From positions 421,961,137-422,025,136 of the forward strand of contig CM091795.1 of NCBI GenBank assembly GCA_043290085.1: a stretch of DNA of 64,000 bases, written 5' to 3'. Source of the DNA: Rhynchocyon petersi (lineage: Eukaryota). Below are positions 56,716-64,000 of this stretch, piece after piece. The translations under genes were made by a program, and so were the position numbers. Below the pieces are notes generated by a model, which had not been told where the DNA came from, searched no databases, and was given only the letters and a program-made list of their open reading frames with translations. Within the stretch, counting starts at the first letter, position 1; every line of letters starts with the position of its first letter.

Positions 56716-57094
56716 CTAAGGAAAGAGAGATATCATCCATGAGCGTTCAGATGTATGACCTAATGGCACATGGCTAAAAATAGGTCCTAAAGAAAACAGG
56801 TCTGAGAAAAGAGGTTTTTCATTTGAAAGAGAGAGGTCTACAGGGAGATGAATTTCCAAATACATAAAAGGATATTACGTATATGCTGGGTGAAATAATA
56901 CAAACGATCTAGATTGTAATATTTGGGACTAGGATAGAAATTCTTTTTCATAGGCTTTCCCCCCTTTTTCCCTAAATGGAGAGTTACCAAGGAGCAACTC
57001 ATATTTTTGTTTTAATTTTTAAATTTTGTTGTGTGTAGGATGTTCTAATTATGGTTTAAATTTGCAATTCCTAATGTTGATTGTCTTGTTTACT

Positions 57095-57760
57095 TTTAAA
57101 ATTTACTTAGATACATTTTTATAAAATTCAGTACAATAGATTAGGTGATTTATTACACTAGAGGTCCAATATATTGTATATTGCTTTTTCCCTCCCCCAA
57201 CCCCTCCATTTACTGATTTTGTTTGTTTGTTTGTTTTCACTCCTCTCTTCCTCCTTGCCATCCCGGATTTAAAAACACAAACCCACCGCAACAAAAAACT
57301 ATTAACTATTTTCCCTCCATTGTGATTCTGATCATCCCTCCCCCCACTCCATTTTATTTCCTCCTCTGTCTCATCTTCACAATAGGGGTCCTTTACAGAA
57401 TATGTCCTTTGTGATGAGGAGAGCTCATTCAACATAATGTCCTCTTGCCTCCACCAAGTTGTGTAATGTTTGAAGAGTTAGTCATTGTTTTTAAAAGCTG
57501 CATAGTATTCCACTTTGGCTGTACCCGTTTCGCCACCCTTTTGGGATCACTTTTTAACACAATACTGTGTAGAAACAGAGGCAGACTTGCCAAATTCATG
57601 AAAGGCTTTAAAAGCAAGGAAAAAAATAAAGATCATCATAGAGAATCAACAAAGATAAAATGTATTTCATATGCCTGTATCATTTGCATCCACAGAAATG
57701 GTGTTATGTCATTATCTTTCCCTTAAGGAAAAGGACAAGGGGGGAGGATACACTTGAAAT
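57095..57760 (-). mobile_element. L1 LINE 3' end fragment in a PARP2 intron
   Basis: Reverse complement contains ...gtggaatactatgcagcttttaaaaacaatgac... (L1 ORF2 end); ORF 57429..57617 (-). Confidence 0.7.
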
Positions 57761-57979
57761 TATTTAACGTAGAGGTAGGATATGATTCATTCTTTCTTGA
57801 GTCAGCAAGTGCATTTTATCAGGGAATATGTTTATTATGATTTTGGTTTGCTAGCTACTCAAAGTAGGACAAAGAATAAAGTATCTATTTTATTCTTCAG
57901 GAATAAAGTATTTAAAAGGTTATAGTTGAGTTAGGGACTACAAAGAAACAGAAGAACAAAGTGATTAGACAGACCTTAC

Positions 57980-58118
57980 CCAAAGTCATGTGGGATCCTG
58001 GTATAGAATTCATTGCATGCTTCTGTGAGAGCTCGTCCATGCTTCCCAGCTCGAATGCAGTCCTCAATCTTCCTAAGAGACTGGTAGCCTGCCTTGATCT
58101 GTGCTACGGTCAGCTTTC
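57980..58118 (-). CDS. PARP2: PARP2 exon (GKLTVAQIKAGYQSLRKIEDCIRAGKHGRALTEACNEFYTRIPHDF)
   Basis: Reverse-complement translation; acceptor gggactgcag, donor GG|gtaagg. Confidence 0.85.
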
Positions 58119-58734
58119 CTGCAGTCCCAGACAGAGGTCATACTTCACAAATAAGGTTCCATCTTGTAAAATGCACTTATATCCCCACCCCACAACAGAC
58201 TTTCAGAATAGGCCCCTTTCATACAACCTTTCACATCAAATCCTTTTTCCTCATTCAGTACAAAGTAGTGATGGTAATATCCTATTTGGAGCCATATTGG
58301 GGTGCCCACCAACTTTGTAACTGGGAAGGTTGAGACCAGAAGGTCATATCTAGGACTTGGGCCAAAGGAACTTGGTACAGGTTTAAGACACACATGCTAG
58401 ATAAGGGTAAACAAAGGCTAACATCCTTATGTTTATGGTTAAGAGAGGTTTGAGACACCTAGAAGCTTCTGGTGAATAACTTTACCTTAAGAGATACTGG
58501 GTGTGCCCACATTTGTTTTAAGGAACTTGTATTCTTGGTTATTTACTTATGGAATGAAAGCATGATTTCCTCATGGAATGGAAAAATAAAAGGTGAGGTT
58601 CTGGTTCCAGGTTGGCACAGCCCAAGAGCCAAAGACCTCGCTGCCCAATTCTGAAAAGCATTCCTGGTGTCCATGTCCTCATGTTCTGCACCCTGCATTG
58701 ACTCTGGACTGCTACAGATAGCACAGATGGCACC

Positions 58735-59050
58735 TGAACAAGGAAGGATGCTGTTGCAGTTTCTGCCATGGAGCCGTGCAGCCTCAGCCTTGTTGCCTCA
58801 GCAAGTGCTTGCCTTCCCCTGCCAGCAGCACAGAAGTGCGGCTTCCCGGTGGCTGGCTGCACATGGAGAAAATACCACCAGAGCCACAGAAACAGTGACA
58901 CAGCGGCTTGAACCAGGGGTGAGAGTGGACCGCCTCAAAGAACCGGGTAGGCTGCCAGTACAATCACCGGATGCAGTGTAACGAGAAGGGACAGAGTGAA
59001 TGAGAGATGAGGGCAGATGGTGGCTTGGCTTGTGAAGGTGCCTACGGGGA
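58735..59050 (+). repeat. Inverted repeat arm A (partner 61515-61870), unclassified interspersed element
   Basis: About 85% identity with the reverse complement of arm B (tgcacatggagaaaat...agccacagaaacagtgacacagcggcttgaac...). Confidence 0.7.
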
Positions 59051-59837
59051 GGGGCTGTCCCCCCACCTTTCTTATAAAGACAACAATAAAGCATATAAGC
59101 TTTTGTCTTTGAACTTGCCCCCTTAAAAACCACACTGCTAATAAGCTCATTCATGAGAATGTGCAGGCCAGCTATTTCATGCCTCATGCTTTAAACCTCT
59201 CCTGTTTTAGATAGCCAATTTTTAGTTTGCCCATCTTTAAGAAACCAGTATTCTGCGGAAGCAAGCATGATTATCTGAAGAATCTTCTGTTCTGCTTGGA
59301 ACTTTCAGCACCCACAACTGTGGGTAATGTCCAGCCCAAAGCAAACCATCACCAGCCACAAACCCCAAAAACCATACTTCTTTCTGCATTTCAGATTGCC
59401 TGGTCCTTTCACTCAGCTTTTAGACTCTCACACAGGCTAAACCATCAAACAAACCAGGGATCCTCAGGGGTCCCTGTTCTTCATACCAGAACCCACACAT
59501 CTGTGCAGACTTGGGTGACCGCACCTGGGGAACTCATCCACATTCAGTCTGCTTTCCAGTTCCTGTGAGTTGCCCATCTCAAGTCTGTGGATTCAGACAG
59601 CCACCACAGTGAACACACTAGTCAGTTGCCTTTAACCAGTGCACTGGCTTTTCTGCCACAGGACATTCTAATCACTTGCTCCAAAATTTAAAGTCAAACA
59701 TGGCTTTCCCCCACCTGTCTCTACAGCCTTTCATTCATACGTAAATTTCTTCTTCAGCCTTTTGGGTGAAACTACATTCACATGCAAATATCTTAACGTA
59801 GAGTACTGGGTGGGGTTAATCTTTCTCAAGGCTGCTG

Positions 59838-61065
59838 TTGTTGCAAGCCATCAAGTTGAGGGTGACTCATAGCAACTGTATCAACAGAAGACCTAAAATG
59901 CGCCCAATCCTGGGCTATCCTCACCATCTCTGAAACACTCACATCCATCACTGCAGTAACTGCATTTATCCATCGAGTTGAGGGTCTACCCCTCCTTCTC
60001 TGACCCTCTCCACCTTTCCAAGCAAGACATCCCTCTCCAGGGACTGCCCTCTCCTAACAAAATGTCTGAAATATGTAAGGTGAAGCTTAACCATCCTTGC
60101 CTCCAAGGGCCACTCTGGTTGGACTCTCTCCAGGACATACTTGTTTGTTTTCTTGGCCATCTACTGTTAGGTTCAAAAGAAAACCTGAGCCACAGGAACA
60201 AAAATAGGTCACATCCCAGGATTTTTGGCAGTACCCAGGGACTGGGACTTCTTGGCAATCCCTTGACCCTATAGGATGGACTGGTACCACAAGAGTTCAA
60301 ATTTCCCACCTCAGACAAAAACCCTATAAATGGCAAATGCCTGTTTGTTAGAGCGCAGATTCCATTTTTCTTCTTCTGGACCCCAGGCCTCACCTTGGGG
60401 GCCATGCAGACTCTGAGGGCCTGTTTCTTTCAGACCTGCAGACTCCACCAGGGAGTGGTGTCTAATAAATTCTTGCTATATTCAGCACAATTTCTGGCCA
60501 TGGTCATTTCAAGCTGGTGCCATAATTTAAGCTTACATCCATGGGATATTGAGCACTCCTCTCTACCCCCACAGCTCAAAGGCATCAATTCTCCTTCTGT
60601 CATCCCTAGTCATTGTCCAACTCTGAGATGCATGGCTAATGATTGAGAAGACTATGGTTTGGACCAGGTGCACCTCTGTCTTCAAACTAACATCACTGCT
60701 CCTTAGCACTTTGGCAAGGTCCCTAATAACAGCTTTTCCCAATGTGATTCATCATCTGATCTCTTGGCTGCTGGTGCCAAGGGAGTTGACTTTGGATCCA
60801 AGCAAGACGAAGTCATTGACAATTTCAATACTTTCTCCATCAATCATGACATCTCCTGCTAGCCCCATGGTAAGGATCTTGGTTTTCCTGAGGTATAGCC
60901 ACAATTCATATTGCAGACTGTAGTCCCTGAGCCTCTGCAGCAGAACTTTCGAGTCTTCTTCAGTAAAGATGTAGCATCTGCATATGAGAAGTTGTTGATG
61001 CATCTTCCCCCAATCCTGATGCCACGATTCTCCTCATAGAGTCCTATACCCCTCATTTTCCCTAC
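59838..61065 (-). mobile_element. RTE 3' portion in the PARP2 intron, interrupted by an about 375-bp insertion (60161-60535)
   Basis: ORFs 59966..60160 (-) MAKKTNKYVLERVQPEWPLEARMVKLHLTYF and 60752..61003 (-) show RTE motifs. Confidence 0.75.
60161..60535. mobile_element. Unclassified insertion inside the RTE; candidate solo LTR (begins tg..., contains AATAAA)
   Basis: It cleanly interrupts otherwise contiguous RTE sequence; ...gtgtctaataaattcttgc... Confidence 0.3.
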
Positions 61066-61514
61066 TTAGTTTTAGCAAACAAATCTTTAAGGCAAATCAT
61101 CCCTTTTAGCTCATCTGATCACTTGCTGGCCAAAGCAGACTTACACAGTCTTGTGAACTACAAAACCCAGAATTCATTTCCACCATACATTTTAACATTA
61201 CCACACAACTATCTTATGTACCATAACATTCATAAGTTCAACCTTTTAACCGAAAATTCAAAAACATTTCAATTACTACATATAACTAAATTCCTACAAT
61301 TACTACATATTTATCTAACACTAAATTCCGAAACATTTCCATTTGTTAGACACTAACAATGAAAAGCTTTCTATTTTTTCATACTCATTTGATACAAAAT
61401 TACATTTCACATGGTCACCTAACATGACAACAGCTTACTCAAAACTCCCAAGTTAACCATCAATTTTTAACACTTTGTTTTTAAAATTTTTAAAGTCTCA
61501 ATGAATTTCAAGTC

Positions 61515-61870
61515 AGTCTTTCGATGGAAATACCTGCCTGGGGAACATCCCCCCCACCTGCAGCCACCTTCCCAACCCAAGCCACCATCTGTATTTACCT
61601 CTCATTCGCTGTCCCTTCTCCAGTCACACTGCATCCAGTTGGCAGCTTACCTGTTTCTTTCAAGCCATCTGCTTTCACCCCCAGTTCAAGCCGCTGTGTC
61701 ACTGTTTCTGTGGCTCTGATGGGCATTTTCTCCATGTGCAGCCAAGCTGCCAGGAGCCCCCCTTCCGTGCTGCTAGCAGGGGAAGCCCAGCACTTACTGA
61801 GGCCCCAAGGCCGAGGCTGCACGGCCCCATGGCAGAAACTGCAACAATACCCCTAGCACTCTCTTGCATG
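61515..61870 (-). repeat. Inverted repeat arm B
   Basis: Reverse complement aligns with 58735-59050; ORF-track proteins 58667..58981 (+) and 61595..61822 (-) share ...RATETVTQRLE... Confidence 0.7.
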
Positions 61871-63268
61871 GCTGCTGCTCCACGCCTCTCCTTTTCCTTC
61901 TTCTCCTGCCACCTGTAGGATACTGCTGACATATCATACTGCTTGCAGGCGGTCCTCGAGTTTTTGAGCCTTGAGGCTGGTCCCCCAATACTATTTTATT
62001 TCCATGCTTATCAAATATTGAACAACATTCATTTGTCCAATGGTACCCCTTCTCTCATTTTCCATATAACTCAGTAGGTCTAACATTCCTGGTAATTTTA
62101 AAATGTTTTTATTCTGATGACTCTGACCATCCTTTTTTACTGTCCTTCAAAGTCTTTCATCTTCTTTACCAGGTTCATGATCTGGTCTTTCAATTCAGCA
62201 TGTTTCACATCTCTCATAATTTTCTTTCCCTGCCCTTTCTGCTAAAATGTCCTTCAACTTTAGTTCTATGTCTGTTTCAGAGTCTTCATTTCTCAGAAAT
62301 TCCAACACTACAAGATACACTGTAATCAAGACAAATTCTCTCAAAATACATTCATGCCCCAGGGTCTGTGCTAAAGATGGCTGGGTGATTAAAACTACCC
62401 AGGGTATCTCAGTGGGTGAAAAGTCCATCATCCTTTTCCCTGGTTTTTAAAAAAATACTACTTTAGAAGTAAATGTCACTGTTCTCTGAAATGTCTCACT
62501 AGTTCAAGCATTCAAGTTAGGTCCATGATCCATACTCTTGTCCAAGGGTCAGGTATTCAAGCACTTAAGTCCCTACCTTCAGGGTGCCAAATATCATGGG
62601 CCAGTCAGACTCAGGCCTTTTCAGGTCACAAGATGCAGAATGAAGACACAGACTCCAGGAATGAGGTTGTGGCTCCAAGCAGAGATCGCAAGCTGGTCAA
62701 AAGGACAGCCAGACCCTCTATCTGATCTTTTATAATCTCCTCTCCCAAGAGAATTAAAAGCAATTACCACTTCCTCAAAAGTAGCCAATCTCTTACGACA
62801 GAGGTCCTTGTGGGCACACCAGTATTTCATAGTGCAAAGTTTCTTATTGGGTACTCCCAGTATCTCATAGGACAAAGTTGCTTGGTGGGCACACCCAATA
62901 TGGCCTACAACAATACCCCATTAAAGGAACATTAAAGGTAAAACCACCGATACAAAAACAAGAGGGTATGGAGAAGTAGAGGGTAGAGTGGGGGAAAATG
63001 GACAGATAAAGGAACCCTGCTTGGGAATGGGTAAGGCAAGGGTCAGCATGAAATAAATGAATGAGAAGACATTAAAGTAAAACAACCAACAGATTGGAAT
63101 AGGATGTGCATTGTGGGGCAGGAAAGGGGAAGAAGGACATATGTCTGCATGGATAGGTGAATGAAGGCTAACTTAATCGTGTACTTCCATTTAAATAAAA
63201 TTTAAAATAAAAACCAAAATCCCAAAGGAACTAGTAAACGGAATGTACCACAGAATGTGAAGTCTCAC

Positions 63269-63431
63269 CAAGTGGGGCTTTCTTAGTATCATACTTCATC
63301 TCTACCATCATCTCTTCCATGGCCTGGACATTACAAATCAACTTTATCAGCTCCTGCACCCGAAGATCGAGTTGAGACTCTGGTTTCAATGAAGACTTAG
63401 GAAGCTCCTCTTCTTTTGATTCCTCTTCACC
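63269..63431 (-). CDS. PARP2: PARP2 exon (GEEESKEEELPKSSLKPESQLDLRVQELIKLICNVQAMEEMMVEMKYDTKKAPL)
   Basis: Reverse-complement translation; acceptor ttgtaatag, donor G|gtgaga; phase links to the 57980-58118 exon (G+GA). Confidence 0.8.
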
Positions 63432-63679
63432 CTATTACAACAGCCCCCCGAAAAATACCTATGAAATGTGATTAGCAGTGCAACATGCTATGGCCTACAG
63501 CATGAGACCTATTTTAAGTTCCTTGGAAGGACTGGCTTTACAATTCACTGTTGGCAGAGAATACTAGAAGTCATTCAGTGTCCATTCTACATTTTAACCC
63601 TAGTTCTCCTACAGTTAAAAACTCAGAACAATATTTTCTAAATGTCCTATCCTTCTATTATAGCTCTTTAAATACAGAC

Positions 63680-63800
63680 AGAGGAAGACCCTGCACAAGA
63701 AGGAATGACACAGTGACTGTAACAATGGGCTCGAGCATATGAGAAATTGTGAGGGTCATGCAAGACAGAATAAGGTCAGATCTGTTGTTGCTATGAATCA
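63680..63800 (+). mobile_element. RTE C-terminal fragment
   Basis: ORF 63551..63742 (+) ...RGRPCTRRNDTVTVTMGSSI. Confidence 0.5.
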
Positions 63801-63936
63801 TAATCAACTTGACAGGATGTATCTAATAACACTGTACCTCAAGTATCAGCTGAAAGTCTCCATGTTTTTCCAGATAGCTGAATTTTTAAAAGACAGTTTT
63901 CAACACCTTAGTTTCATTTGTCAAAATGTGGCCTAA

Positions 63937-64000
63937 TGGTGACGGAGCTGCTCTGCCAACTCAAAGGCACACAGTTCAAATCCTCCAGCTGTTCCGAGGG
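63937..64000 (+). mobile_element. AfroSINE-like SINE truncated by the window end
   Basis: gtggcctaatggtgacggagctgctctgccaactcaaaggcacacagttcaaatcc. Confidence 0.7.

Noticed and set aside
58539-59187. - strand ORFs of 120 and 129 aa
   Set aside because: Lie within inverted-repeat arm A; no PARP2 similarity. The real upstream PARP2 exon was found at 63269-63431 instead.
285-64000. Numerous tRNA-like segments (GGCCTAGTGGT...GGTTCAAA/TCC)
   Set aside because: All are heads of tRNA-derived SINEs with attached RTE-type tails, not tRNA genes.

Overview
Mammalian (not prokaryotic) genomic window. Repeat content points to an afrotherian genome (elephant / hyrax / manatee-like): about 45 tRNA-derived SINEs carrying an RTE-type 3' tail (AfroSINE-like), many BovB/RTE-family LINE fragments, and two L1 3' ends. 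Two convergently transcribed protein-coding genes are present. (1) The complete coding region of TEP1 (telomerase-associated protein 1) lies on the + strand: 54 coding exons, ATG at 11254, stop at 52748-52750. The model was built from the ORF track plus GT/AG splice sites, and reading phase is consistent across every junction. It encodes about 2582 aa with N-terminal 30-aa repeats, a TROVE region, a NACHT P-loop (GQSGQGKT) and C-terminal WD40 repeats. A CpG island at about 2620-3230 is the likely promoter with a noncoding exon 1. (2) The 3' half of PARP2 lies on the - strand: 9 exons, stop at 54549-54551, including the catalytic-domain exons. TEP1 intron 8 contains a young, CpG-intact, 5'-truncated RTE with an uninterrupted 363-aa reverse-transcriptase ORF, nested inside an older RTE. 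Notable structures beyond the annotation: a tandem array of young SINEs separated by a decamer microsatellite; a (TA)19 tract just upstream of the first coding exon's acceptor; a 4-copy tandem duplication of the exon 9 donor; an inverted partial duplicate of the exon 44 donor region in intron 43; an inverted repeat pair flanking an RTE/LTR-like cluster in the large PARP2 intron; and a 1.8-kb TEP1-PARP2 tail-to-tail spacer occupied almost entirely by an RTE. Exon coordinates for exons not anchored to the ORF track may be off by 1-2 nt.
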